Assembly: GCA_050331235.1 (NCBI GenBank)
Contig: JBHJHA010000014.1
Span: 1-27,626 of the forward strand
DNA length: 27,626 bases
Reading direction: 5' to 3'
DNA from: Leptolyngbyaceae cyanobacterium
Lineage (GTDB): Bacteria; Cyanobacteriota; Cyanobacteriia; Phormidesmidales; Phormidesmidaceae
In this document: positions 7,662-16,765 of the stretch, piece after piece
Layout of the letters: each line of letters starts with the position of its first letter
Position numbering within the stretch: position 1 is the stretch's first letter
Made by a program: the position numbers and the translations under genes
Notes under the pieces: generated by a model
The model's database searches: none
Told to the model about the DNA's origin: nothing
The model's input: only the letters and a program-made list of their open reading frames with translations

Positions 7662-9830
7662 ATGGCTCCAACGGTGCTCTACGTTGATCCTGCACGCGGC
7701 CAAGATAATCGTAATGGCCAGTCATCTACCCAAGCCCTCAAAACGATTACGGCCGCCCTACAGCTCAGTCGGAGTGAGACAATCATTCACCTAGGGCCAG
7801 GAGAATATAGCAGCGGGGAACGGTTTCCTTTAACGATTCCCTCAGGGTGTCAACTACGCGGCAGTGCCAGCGGCGATCGCCCAAGTACCATCATTCGTGG
7901 CGGCGGGCAGGTGCAGCATCCCTTTTTAGGCACCCAGTCGGTGGCCTGCGTTCTCCAAGCTAACGCCAGTATCAATACAGCTGTAATCACCAACCCTAAA
8001 TCTCAAGGTATCGGTGTTTGGCTGGCCGGTGACCAAGCTCGGTTGCAAAAAGTTTGGGTCCAGCAGTGCGCACAATATGGAGCGGTCGTCGTAGGCAATA
8101 CCTTGCCTGACCTGCAAAACAGCCTGTTCCAAAATTGCAACCAGGCTGGTCTGGTCTTTTTTTCCCAGAGCAAAGGACAGCTCAACCGGGTATTTTGTCG
8201 ATCTTGCGGCATCGGTTTATGGCTCCGCGACGCGGCAGCCCCTTACATTTCAGCCAGCAGCTTTGACCAATGCAATACGGGAGTTCTCATTAGCGATACG
8301 GCCTATCCAGTGCTGCGACGTACTCGCATCGTACGCAATCGTCAGCAGGGTTTGCAGGTTACCCACCAGGGCAATGTTGATTTGGGCCTATCCCAAGATA
8401 TTGGCGAGAATGTTTTCCGACAAAACGGCCAGGCAGATATCAGCAACGAAACCGGGCAATACATCATTTCTTGCGGTAATGATGTATTGCCCCAGCGCCT
8501 CCAAGGACCAATTGATTTAATCGCCAGCGAACTGCCTGATCCCAGTACCATCCCGCCATTGCTGTTTGAGCAACCGACTGATTTCCCCAGTGCAATGGAG
8601 GGAGCTGAATCAACGGAAGAACCTCCAGCCCCTACTATCCCGGAAACTTTCCAGGGCTCTAGACGGTTTCCCGATATGGTTGATCACTGGGCTGGCCCCT
8701 TTGTCGATGGCTTGGTACAGGCAGGAGCGATCGCGGGGTTTCCTGATGGCACCTTTCGACCCGAGCAAATTGTTAGTCGGGCCGAGTTTGCAGCATTTAT
8801 CGTGGCGAGCTATCCCCAAATTGGCGCGACTCAATCGCCCCGACAGTTTAGCGATTTGACCGCAGATTTTTGGGCCTACGCAGCGCTAAGCCAAGCCCAA
8901 GCCCAAGGCTTTTTGAGCGGCTTTCCTGATGGCACTCTGCGCCCAAACCTTCCCATCACTCGCATTCAAGCTATTGTGGCGGTGACCAATGGTCTGGGAC
9001 TGTCAGGCGGACGGGCGGATGATATCGGCATTTATCGCGATCGCGCCCAAGTTCCCAGTTACGCCGGAGAGGCTCTCGCTACAGCCACAAGACAGCGGTT
9101 GGTGGTCAATTTTCCCGAACCGCTGCAGTTGAGGCCAATGCAGCCAATAACTCGGGGTGAGTTGTCGGCCCTCATCTATCAAGGTCGCGTTGCCCTAGGC
9201 ACGTCCCCTCAAGTCGCGTCGCCATATATTGTAGAGCCTGATACGACTCAAACCCTATATAGCGATTTGGGGCAGCACTGGGCGGCTGAATTTATTCGAG
9301 GCTTGACGATCGCAAATCTCGTCAACGGTATGGAAGATGGCCGATTTGCCCCGGAAGCTCCCATTAATCGCGCCCAGTTTGCCACGCTGATTGAAAATGC
9401 TTTTCAACCTGACCCAATCAAAGCCCAGGCGACCTTTGCTGATGTGCCGCCCGATTTTTGGGCCGCCGAAGCGATTCAGTCTGCCTACCAAAGCAACTTT
9501 ATGACAGGATTTCCCGACCAGACATTTGCCCCCAATCATCCACTGCTGCGAGTACAGGTGTGGGTCGCCCTTGTAAATGGGCTCTTTCACCAAACTAGCC
9601 CCGCTGGGCTTAATCGATTAGACGATTTTATCGATAGTCACACATTGCCAGACTACGCTCGACAACAAACGGCGATCGCGCTAAGGCAAAAGCTGGTCAC
9701 AATAACTCCCGGCGATTCACGGTTGCGCCCTAATCAGGTTGCCAGTCGGGCCGAAGCCAGCGTCGCCATTTACCAAGGGCTGGTAGCCAAAAACCGACTC
9801 CCGGCGATCGCGTCGGACTATATTCTCTAG
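7662..9830 (+). CDS. DUF1565/parallel beta-helix protein with two SLH triplets
   Basis: N-terminal LYVDPARGQD...KTITAAL...LGPGEYS..ERFPL, beta-helix repeats and a Pro/Glu linker. Six SLH repeats follow (e.g. GFPDGTFRPEQIVSRAEFA, GFPDGTLRPNLPITRIQA, GFPDQTFAPNHPLLRVQV). Confidence 0.9.
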   Translation: MAPTVLYVDPARGQDNRNGQSSTQALKTITAALQLSRSETIIHLGPGEYSSGERFPLTIPSGCQLRGSASGDRPSTIIRGGGQVQHPFLGTQSVACVLQANASINTAVITNPKSQGIGVWLAGDQARLQKVWVQQCAQYGAVVVGNTLPDLQNSLFQNCNQAGLVFFSQSKGQLNRVFCRSCGIGLWLRDAAAPYISASSFDQCNTGVLISDTAYPVLRRTRIVRNRQQGLQVTHQGNVDLGLSQDIGENVFRQNGQADISNETGQYIISCGNDVLPQRLQGPIDLIASELPDPSTIPPLLFEQPTDFPSAMEGAESTEEPPAPTIPETFQGSRRFPDMVDHWAGPFVDGLVQAGAIAGFPDGTFRPEQIVSRAEFAAFIVASYPQIGATQSPRQFSDLTADFWAYAALSQAQAQGFLSGFPDGTLRPNLPITRIQAIVAVTNGLGLSGGRADDIGIYRDRAQVPSYAGEALATATRQRLVVNFPEPLQLRPMQPITRGELSALIYQGRVALGTSPQVASPYIVEPDTTQTLYSDLGQHWAAEFIRGLTIANLVNGMEDGRFAPEAPINRAQFATLIENAFQPDPIKAQATFADVPPDFWAAEAIQSAYQSNFMTGFPDQTFAPNHPLLRVQVWVALVNGLFHQTSPAGLNRLDDFIDSHTLPDYARQQTAIALRQKLVTITPGDSRLRPNQVASRAEASVAIYQGLVAKNRLPAIASDYIL

Positions 9831-9860
9831 CGTCGATAGTGATCCCTTAAGCCGATTTGC

Positions 9861-10085
9861 CTAGACCATAGCGTTGAGACAGGCCCCAGTGCCGACAATT
9901 ACAAACGCCAAAATGCCAAATCCGACCATCCAATGATTATGGCCCGTCGTAGACTCAGCACTCGCTGCCTGCTTGCGAAAATAGCTGTAGATATTGGGGG
10001 CTCCCAAAAAGAAAAAGAGCATCGCCACACCGCTCACTCGGCTTGCTTTATTCGTTGGGCTAAGGTAAAGCTGTTGAGTATTCAT
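9861..10085 (-). CDS. Small hypothetical membrane protein (two hydrophobic segments)
   Basis: 74-82 aa ORF filling an otherwise empty gap. Hydrophobic stretches VSGVAMLFFFLGA and WMVGFGILAFVIVGTGACL; a promoter-like sequence lies upstream. Confidence 0.5.
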   Translation of the reverse strand: MNTQQLYLSPTNKASRVSGVAMLFFFLGAPNIYSYFRKQAASAESTTGHNHWMVGFGILAFVIVGTGACLNAMV

Positions 10086-10240
10086 GATTCTCACATTTAA
10101 CGCCATCAAGATCAGCTGTTAACTCTTACCGGAAGTTCAGTGCTCTGCTCAGGGTTAGGGAAACCAGTCAAACCCCAAGCTCTGACCAACCGCCACAAAT
10201 CATCCGTAGATAATCTCGACAGCAACCTCTTTCACCGATG

Positions 10241-10274
10241 AATATAACATTTTGTAACAATATTTGACAAAATG
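10241..10274 (-). promoter_or_regulatory. sigma70-type promoter overlapped by an HLR1-like (RpaB) direct repeat and a palindrome
   Basis: Minus strand TTGTCA-N18-TATATT with an extended -10 TG. GTTACAAA-AT-GTTATATT at 10258-10241. Inverted repeat CATTTTGT (10248-10255) / ACAAAATG (10267-10274). Confidence 0.5.
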
Positions 10275-10288
10275 CCGTTCACTTGTGG

Positions 10289-11368
10289 CTAGACTTCTCC
10301 CCAGCCCGGATGCAGTGCCTTCTTAGCTGGGCCATAAAGCTTGAAATAGGCGACTGAACCCACCTGACGCAATTTGGCCTTAAGGGGCGAATCAGCCCCC
10401 ATACAACGCTGACAGACAGGATGCTTCACCTGTAACCGGTTGAATCCCTGACGGAGGCTACAGGCCGGGCGATCGAACAAAATCTCTTGGAGCGACTGAG
10501 TCTCGACATTGCCCAAGGGGATTTGTCCCTCAAAGTCTTTGCAACAGGGGACGACTGTGCCGTCATATAGAATGCCAGCTTGCTGAGAGGCTCCATTGCA
10601 ATAGCCCCACCGGGCAGGAATGACCTGATCGGCTTCAACGTTACCCCAACTATCTAGAGGAAAGGTTTCCAAAATCAGCTTGGGATGGAGCGGGATCAGC
10701 TGCCATCGGCCTGGTCGATATCGCTGGATCGCGCGTTCAATCTGACTCCACTGAATGGCTGCGTCGTTAACCCCTTCTAGGAGGCGCTTCGCCCAATGGG
10801 TAAGTTCCTCAACCATGTGCCCTTTGCCCTCGACTACCTGCATCGGTTTGTGGGGAACTAAAAATGGATTGGGCGAGGTATCTAAAAATTTGACATGAAT
10901 TCGAGTCGGCGCATCGCGATCGCGTAGGTTAGCTTGGACATAGTCCACAATACCTGCAAAGTAAGCATCGGACCCCAACTTAGGGGGTGCTCCCCGCAGC
11001 TTAAACGTATGGGGGTCTGGAGTTTGCAGCGAAATCGTGACCTTTGGGACCTGTGATCGCACGAGCTGTTCAATATGGTCCGGAAAAATGTGGAAGGTAC
11101 TGCCATTAGTCGTCAGGTGCAGCTGTAGCGATCGCGCCATGGCACTGGCAATACCAGCAAATATGTGGGGATAAATGAAAGGCTCGCCCATCAGGTGGAA
11201 GGTGATGATGCGAGACAACTCAGACTCGGCGACCTCATCCAAGATGCGATCGAGCAAATCAAACGCCATATGTCCCCGCCGCCTAGCCATGATGGCGTCG
11301 GGGCAAAACTCACATTTGAAATTACAAACATTGGTGACTTCAATATGTAGACGGTCTAACCTAGGCAT
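10289..11368 (-). CDS. Radical SAM protein with C-terminal SPASM/twitch domain
   Basis: IEVTNVCNFKCEFC (CxxxCxxC), MGEP, LTTNG, and C-terminal YC...GILYDGTVVPCC...LGNV...CQRC. Confidence 0.93.
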   Translation of the reverse strand: MPRLDRLHIEVTNVCNFKCEFCPDAIMARRRGHMAFDLLDRILDEVAESELSRIITFHLMGEPFIYPHIFAGIASAMARSLQLHLTTNGSTFHIFPDHIEQLVRSQVPKVTISLQTPDPHTFKLRGAPPKLGSDAYFAGIVDYVQANLRDRDAPTRIHVKFLDTSPNPFLVPHKPMQVVEGKGHMVEELTHWAKRLLEGVNDAAIQWSQIERAIQRYRPGRWQLIPLHPKLILETFPLDSWGNVEADQVIPARWGYCNGASQQAGILYDGTVVPCCKDFEGQIPLGNVETQSLQEILFDRPACSLRQGFNRLQVKHPVCQRCMGADSPLKAKLRQVGSVAYFKLYGPAKKALHPGWGEV

Positions 11369-11766
11369 AAGGAAAGGAAAACTTTAGAGTCGCTACACCC
11401 TAACAAGGTGCCAAGACTTTAGTCTGAGGCTGTCATAAACATTCGCTGAGTCGGCGAGCCGCAATTTATCATTAGGGCACCTAGGCAACGATAACTTGAC
11501 CATCTACCAAGCTGGTGGCAATCGCTGCTGTCAGTTACCAGGGCGTTCCCAACCGACACACTCAGTAAAAATTCAGTCTTGTGTAAAGGTCTGGTCTTGA
11601 TTTTGCCCGGCCATCCCTTGCCCGCCATCGTGTGAAATTCTGTGGGTTAAATGTGAACTGAGCACATCCGCTTGGGTACACAGAGAGTCAGGGGAATCAT
11701 CAGTAAAGCAGCCGGATAAATCGTGATTGTGCATGTAGACTCTGTTAGCTTTTAAGGAATCAAGGG

Positions 11767-13323
11767 ATGAATGCTCAGGTAGCTTGCACAGTGGCTGATA
11801 CCCAAACGAACCCCCTCATTAAAATTGAACGGCAATTGCGACTACTGCTGCCTACCGATTTATATGCGGCGGCATGGGTTGACCCAGCGCCTGAAACTTT
11901 GATGAAGGTGTTTGAGCACCTACGGACGCTACAGCACATCTTGATTGATTATGTTCCGCGTGATGTTTATGACCAGCCCCCAAGTCCCGGCCATCCGCGC
12001 TATTGCTGGCGCCAAGGTACGCTGCTTTTTACTGACTTAGCGGGGTTTACACCGTTACTAGAAGCTTGTGCTTCGGAGGGGCTCGCCGGTGCAGAATTGC
12101 TGCTGAAAGTATTGAACAACTACTTTTCTGGCATGATCGAAATCATCAGTAAATCTAGCGGTAATTTGCTGGAGTTCACGGGGGATGCACTGTTGGTTCA
12201 ATTCACCAGTGAGGAGCCGCAAAAGGACATTATTCAAGCGATTAATACGGGCCTACGGATGCAGCGAGCGATGGCTCCTTTTCAGCAGATTGCGACCCAT
12301 CGTGGGGAACTATCACTCAATATGCGGGTCGGTATTCACACTGGAAAATTTGTCACTGCAGACATTGGTACACCCCAGCGGATGGCCCATGTGCTTTTAG
12401 GTCGGGCCGTGACCATCGCTAAGCAGGCCGAGGGCTGTGGCAGTATCCGCCATGTGTCATTGACGGATGAGGTAAAAAAGCATTTGGGCGATCGCATTCC
12501 CCTCGTGCCCACTGCCAATGGCCATTGGCTGGTTGTTGACAACCTGAGTGATGAAGAACTGGGGGAATATGAAATCAACGTGGCGCGGCGGCGCAGCACC
12601 TACATGTTTTTCGATCGCAGCGTGCCAGGACTGCTTAAGGAAATTGAAACCGCAATCGAACGGGTTGACCCTCTCACCAGCTACATGCCCCGCTCAGTAT
12701 TTCAATTGATTGTCGATACGGCTGCCAAGCGGCGCATTCCGCCGGCCTTTCCCACCGTTGCTGTGGCCTTTGTTAATTTGATGGGGCTCCCCGAGTCCGT
12801 TGATGACGCCTTACCCGAGGAAACGGCAGCTGTCGTCAGTTGTTTTTCTAAAGCCTTTTCTCTCATCAACGGGGTTGTAGAGCTGCAGGGCGGCATTCTC
12901 CAAAAGGTTACCTACCATTCCATCGGTTCGGAAATGCTTATTCACTTCGGGGTGTTAAATCCCGACTCCCGTGATCCCCATCGTGCTGCCAGCGCAATGG
13001 CCAAGATTCGCCAACTGGTGCAGTCAATTACGCCGCCGATTGTTCAAGGCCAACCGATTCGGCTCACCTGCCGGATCGGCCTCACCTATGGTCCGGTGTT
13101 TGCCGCAGAGATTGGCGAACGACGGGGGCGCCGCGAATTTAATATTTTGGGCGATACGGTCAATACAGCTTCACGGATTATGAGCCGCGCAGGCGAAAAT
13201 GAAATTTGGATGAATAAATCCGTTTACAACAGCATCAAAGACGATTTTTCAACCGTGGCCTTGGGCGATTTCAGCCTTAAGGGTAAGTCAGGACCGCAAC
13301 CAATTTTTGCCCTCCAGGGTTAA
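11767..13323 (+). CDS. Class III adenylate/guanylate cyclase with two tandem catalytic domains
   Basis: Domain 1: [25 protein letters not shown]. Domain 2: [36 protein letters not shown]. Confidence 0.92.
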   Translation: MNAQVACTVADTQTNPLIKIERQLRLLLPTDLYAAAWVDPAPETLMKVFEHLRTLQHILIDYVPRDVYDQPPSPGHPRYCWRQGTLLFTDLAGFTPLLEACASEGLAGAELLLKVLNNYFSGMIEIISKSSGNLLEFTGDALLVQFTSEEPQKDIIQAINTGLRMQRAMAPFQQIATHRGELSLNMRVGIHTGKFVTADIGTPQRMAHVLLGRAVTIAKQAEGCGSIRHVSLTDEVKKHLGDRIPLVPTANGHWLVVDNLSDEELGEYEINVARRRSTYMFFDRSVPGLLKEIETAIERVDPLTSYMPRSVFQLIVDTAAKRRIPPAFPTVAVAFVNLMGLPESVDDALPEETAAVVSCFSKAFSLINGVVELQGGILQKVTYHSIGSEMLIHFGVLNPDSRDPHRAASAMAKIRQLVQSITPPIVQGQPIRLTCRIGLTYGPVFAAEIGERRGRREFNILGDTVNTASRIMSRAGENEIWMNKSVYNSIKDDFSTVALGDFSLKGKSGPQPIFALQG

Positions 13324-13384
13324 GCTAACTAGCCCCGGTCCTTCAGGACGCATAATAGGTAAGTTGATTTGCCACGATGTGACC

Positions 13385-14020
13385 ATGTCCCTTTCCGCTA
13401 CGGCTGTTCCTCTAGATGCGATCTGCTACAACGAGCAAGGTTTAGTACCGGCGATTGTCCAAGACTACCTGGATGGCACGGTGTTGATGATGGCTTGGAT
13501 GAATGCCGACTCGTTGCAAAAAACGCTGGAGACTGGGGAGACTTGGTTTTGGAGTCGTTCTCGTCAAGCGCTTTGGCACAAGGGCGAGACATCTGGGCAT
13601 CGCCAAAAGGTGAAAACCATTCGCTATGACTGTGATAGCGACGCGTTGTTGATCACGATTGAACAGGTGGGAGACATCGCCTGCCATACTGGAGAGCGGA
13701 GCTGCTTTCACCAAGTTGAGGGGCAAGTGGTCGCGCCTCCAGCGGATACCTTATCGCAAGTCTTTGCCGTAATTTGTGATCGCCAGCAGCAGCCCCAGCC
13801 CGATTCGTACACCAACAAACTGTTCGCAGGGGGCGATAATAAAATCCTCAAAAAAATTGGTGAGGAAGGGGCTGAGGTCGTTATGGCCTGTAAAGATGAC
13901 GACGCCGATGCGATCGCAGGGGAAGTGGCGGACTTGTTTTATCACACCCTCGTCGCCCTAGCCCATCACCAGGTGGATCTCAAAGCAGTCTACCAAAAGC
14001 TCCAGGCAAGAAGACGTTAA
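13385..14020 (+). CDS. hisIE: Bifunctional phosphoribosyl-AMP cyclohydrolase / phosphoribosyl-ATP pyrophosphatase
   Basis: [57 protein letters not shown]. Start moved to the ATG at 13385. Confidence 0.97.
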   Translation: MSLSATAVPLDAICYNEQGLVPAIVQDYLDGTVLMMAWMNADSLQKTLETGETWFWSRSRQALWHKGETSGHRQKVKTIRYDCDSDALLITIEQVGDIACHTGERSCFHQVEGQVVAPPADTLSQVFAVICDRQQQPQPDSYTNKLFAGGDNKILKKIGEEGAEVVMACKDDDADAIAGEVADLFYHTLVALAHHQVDLKAVYQKLQARRR

Positions 14021-14203
14021 CAATCAGTTGCCATTCGTCCGTAGCGAATTAGCAAGATAGGGATACACTGAAACCATCCCAGAAGCAGACCCACTGCCAG
14101 TAGTATGCTGCCAAAAGGGCAAGCTCATCACCATTCGTGTTCGTTATTTTATGAAGGTTCAGGGCTGTAGCTTCCGTGACCTCTGGCACGGTAACTTAAT
14201 CTG

Positions 14204-15019
14204 ATGGCCAGGATCATTGCTCTACAAGCGTGCCGTCATGGTATTGGCTGCTCTCATTTAGTGGCCAACCTGGCGGTAATTTTTATGCACCACGGCTATC
14301 GGGTCGGTTTGCTCGACACTGATGCTCAAGTCGGGGGCATCCGCACCCTCTTTAGCTTAGACGAAACGCCAGAAAAAGACCCTAATGCCTACTGGTGGCT
14401 AGTCCCTGATACCCGGTCAACCAAAACTCTCCGGGCCGAATTTCGGCGTTACGATACGTCCTACGACACGGGTTCGCCAGGGATTTACCTATCCCCATTA
14501 GGCAGTCATTTTGGCCTTGATAGCCAACTGCTCATGCTCCTGCAGCAGCGCTATGGTGAGGACAAACCTTTTGATATTTTGCAGCAGTTAGGAGATGAAC
14601 TCCAACTCGATATCTGGCTAATCGATAACCAGCCTGATATGTCTGACGACAATCTCATGGGATTATCGCTAGCCGACATTGCGATGGTAGTTTTGCAGCT
14701 TGATCCCTATGACCTGCAGAGAGCGGCTGTCTTGCTTGAAGTGATTGAGCAGCTTCAGATCACTAAAACCTGGTTGGTTCCTTCCCTGGTATTACCGACC
14801 ATTGAGACCACTGTGGTCACCAACATGTTGGAGAATACTTACCAACATCCGGTAGCAGGAATTTTGTATCTCAGCGAAGAAATGATGGGCCTCGCCAGCC
14901 AAGGAGTGTTTTGTTTACATCATCCAAATCATGCCTTGACCCAAACGATGATTGCGATCGCCCAGCAACTTGAGCAGGATTCCCGCACTTTATTTACCTC
15001 TTCGGCAAGTCGCAAATAG
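14204..15019 (+). CDS. MinD/ParA-family protein with degenerate Walker A
   Basis: MARIIAL-QACRHGIGCS..VANLA..GYRVGLLDTD, WLID (Walker B position) and C-terminal VAGILYLSEEM..LASQGVFCL. The P-loop lacks the GK[ST] lysine. Confidence 0.82.
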   Translation: MARIIALQACRHGIGCSHLVANLAVIFMHHGYRVGLLDTDAQVGGIRTLFSLDETPEKDPNAYWWLVPDTRSTKTLRAEFRRYDTSYDTGSPGIYLSPLGSHFGLDSQLLMLLQQRYGEDKPFDILQQLGDELQLDIWLIDNQPDMSDDNLMGLSLADIAMVVLQLDPYDLQRAAVLLEVIEQLQITKTWLVPSLVLPTIETTVVTNMLENTYQHPVAGILYLSEEMMGLASQGVFCLHHPNHALTQTMIAIAQQLEQDSRTLFTSSASRK

Positions 15020-15097
15020 AGCTAGAACAGCAGAGACTCTAGCTATAGAGCCTCTACATACAGCGACCTTGAAAAGTCGTAAACAGCCTCAGTGACA

Positions 15098-15766
15098 CTA
15101 AATCGTGTCTTCAGCGACCGAGTTTAGCCCAATGATGTCTTCATAAGCCGCCACGACACAGCAAATCGTCCAGGGGAAGGTGACGAGAAAGCCAATACCA
15201 ATCAGGATTAGTCCTAGGATGTTGAGCAAGCCCATGACGATAGAAAACCCGAAGAACGCAAACCATTTTTTCGTCACGAGTTTGCGGCTTGCTTCCATGG
15301 CTGGCCAAAAGTCCATATTTTTATCGAGTAGGAAAGGTAAGCTCAGCATGTAAGCCACTGCCAGATAAATGCCTGGCAATATTAAGCACACCGTAGCCAG
15401 GCCAATGAGGAAACCGCTGACGATCGCGAGCAGTAAAATTGGCAAAGCGCGATTAAATCCCTTAAAAAAATCACCAAAGGCCGTTGGACGGTTGCGTGCA
15501 ATTTGAAAGGCAACAATGTAAATGCCAGGCACAAACAAAGTAATCAGGATGTTGTTGACCAGGCCGATGCCACCTTGGCCTTCCTCAAAATTGCCCGACC
15601 CAAGGGGAAAAGGTAGGATGACCGACAGAAGAGTCATAATCACCCCAACCAGTAGCGTAAAGCCAATAAAACCAATTGCATTGCTCTTAAAGATTTCCCA
15701 GCCGCGACCTAAATACTGACCCAACTTAAAGTCATATTCGCGATCGCTAATATCAAATGAGCTCAT
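15098..15766 (-). CDS. Integral membrane protein (DUF975-like)
   Basis: YLGRGWEIFK, FGDFFKGF, LILPGIYLAV, AMEASRKLV..KWF and about 5 TM helices. Start placed at the ATG at 15766. Confidence 0.8.
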   Translation of the reverse strand: MSSFDISDREYDFKLGQYLGRGWEIFKSNAIGFIGFTLLVGVIMTLLSVILPFPLGSGNFEEGQGGIGLVNNILITLFVPGIYIVAFQIARNRPTAFGDFFKGFNRALPILLLAIVSGFLIGLATVCLILPGIYLAVAYMLSLPFLLDKNMDFWPAMEASRKLVTKKWFAFFGFSIVMGLLNILGLILIGIGFLVTFPWTICCVVAAYEDIIGLNSVAEDTI

Positions 15767-15936
15767 TTCTTTTACTCTGATTGAACAGCAGCTACGACAA
15801 AGATATCGGAGAGACGTTAAGGCAGAAAAAAGTTTTAGGAAAGCTTTGGAAAATCTTGATAAGAGACTTCTATTTGTTGCTTTTCTTCGCAAATGAAGCC
15901 CGCAACTGCTGGCATAAGTAGTCATCTGCTAGGAAG

Positions 15937-16005
15937 TTGCCTCAGCAATTGACCAAATTTCATTGCTGAGGCAATAAAAAACCTCTGTCACACTGACAGA
16001 GGTTT
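15937..16005 (-). terminator. petE terminator: two consecutive perfect hairpins
   Basis: AAACCTCTGTCA (15979-15990)-CAC-TGACAGAGGTTT (15994-16005) with a U-run on the minus strand. A second stem is TTGCCTCAGCAAT (15937-15949) / ATTGCTGAGGCAA (15962-15974). Confidence 0.85.
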
Positions 16006-16045
16006 GAGATAATCTAGGCTAAATTGTTAAGCAATCGACCTGCAA

Positions 16046-16462
16046 TTACTCTTCAACAGTGATGGTGCCCACCATGCCAGCACCGCGGTGAGGGGCACAG
16101 TAGTAGCCATAATCACCCGTCGGCATGTCAGCGGAGAACGTCGTAGAGTAATTTTCACCAGGAGCAAAAGTCAGCTGATTGTGAGAAATCTTGTCAGCCA
16201 GTGACTTATCTCCAGGGATTTGGTTAGGGTCAAAAATGACGTTGTGAGGAGCCATCTTGTTGTTGACCCAAGTCACAGTGTCGCCAGGCTTAACTGTTAG
16301 TTTTGCGGGTTCGAACACTAACAAGCCGGAGTCAGAGCCCATCTTGACTTCGTAATCAGCAGCCTGCGCGGGGGATGCAAATGTCAAAAAAGTAGTCACA
16401 ACCATCGCCAAAGCTAGACATGCTAGCCCCATGCGAGAGAGAGCGTGTGCAATCTGTTTCAT
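16046..16462 (-). CDS. petE: Plastocyanin
   Basis: Signal peptide ending [22 protein letters not shown] and [13 protein letters not shown] (His/Cys/His/Met copper ligands). Confidence 0.98.
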   Translation of the reverse strand: MKQIAHALSRMGLACLALAMVVTTFLTFASPAQAADYEVKMGSDSGLLVFEPAKLTVKPGDTVTWVNNKMAPHNVIFDPNQIPGDKSLADKISHNQLTFAPGENYSTTFSADMPTGDYGYYCAPHRGAGMVGTITVEE

Positions 16463-16679
16463 AGGAACCTCTAAACAGTAGGCTTAAATTTACCGTAGTC
16501 AAAGTTTACCGTGAACCGTTACAAACTACACCTCCTGTAAGCAGGAGATTTGAAGAAACCTCCTGCTTATCAGTGCAAACCATGCCGGCATCGACTCAAA
16601 ATTGCCTGTTCTCCGCGAAGAGAAACCAACAATGTGAGCCATGCAGACGGTCTTTCGATGTCGTAGGTATTCCCCTTTA

Positions 16680-16717
16680 AACCAAAACCTCCAGGGCGTA
16701 AGCATACCCCGGAGGTT
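16680..16717 (-). terminator. Putative psbV terminator / 3' stem-loop
   Basis: Minus strand AACCUCCGGGG...CCCUGGAGGUU running into UUGGUUU, about 50 nt after the psbV stop. Confidence 0.6.
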
Positions 16718-16765
16718 CTGATTTGCCGATGGTCTCAACCCATTAGCTAAAGCACTAAACAGCCA

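Noticed and set aside
10253..10269. Possible NtcA box (TGTAACAATATTTGACA)
   Set aside because: Does not fit GTA-N8-TAC spacing; the HLR1/promoter reading fits better.
11651..11667. CRP-like site ATGTGAACTGAGCACAT upstream of the cyclase
   Set aside because: TGTG and CACA are separated by 7 nt instead of the 8 required by TGTGA-N6-TCACA, so it is not called a CRP box.
13307..13384. N-terminal extensions in the ORF track (hisIE here; likewise accD, psbV, the 15925 ORF and the 24624 ORF)
   Set aside because: They overlap neighbours or lack family similarity; downstream starts fit better.
14204..15019. Calling this gene the cell-division minD
   Set aside because: No minC/minE neighbours, broken Walker A, and it belongs to a different subfamily.
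16463..16765. PetR operator or hidden psbV2/petJ gene between psbV and petE
   Set aside because: I could not match a convincing PetR-type palindrome, and the 70-aa ORF there has no CxxCH or signal peptide.
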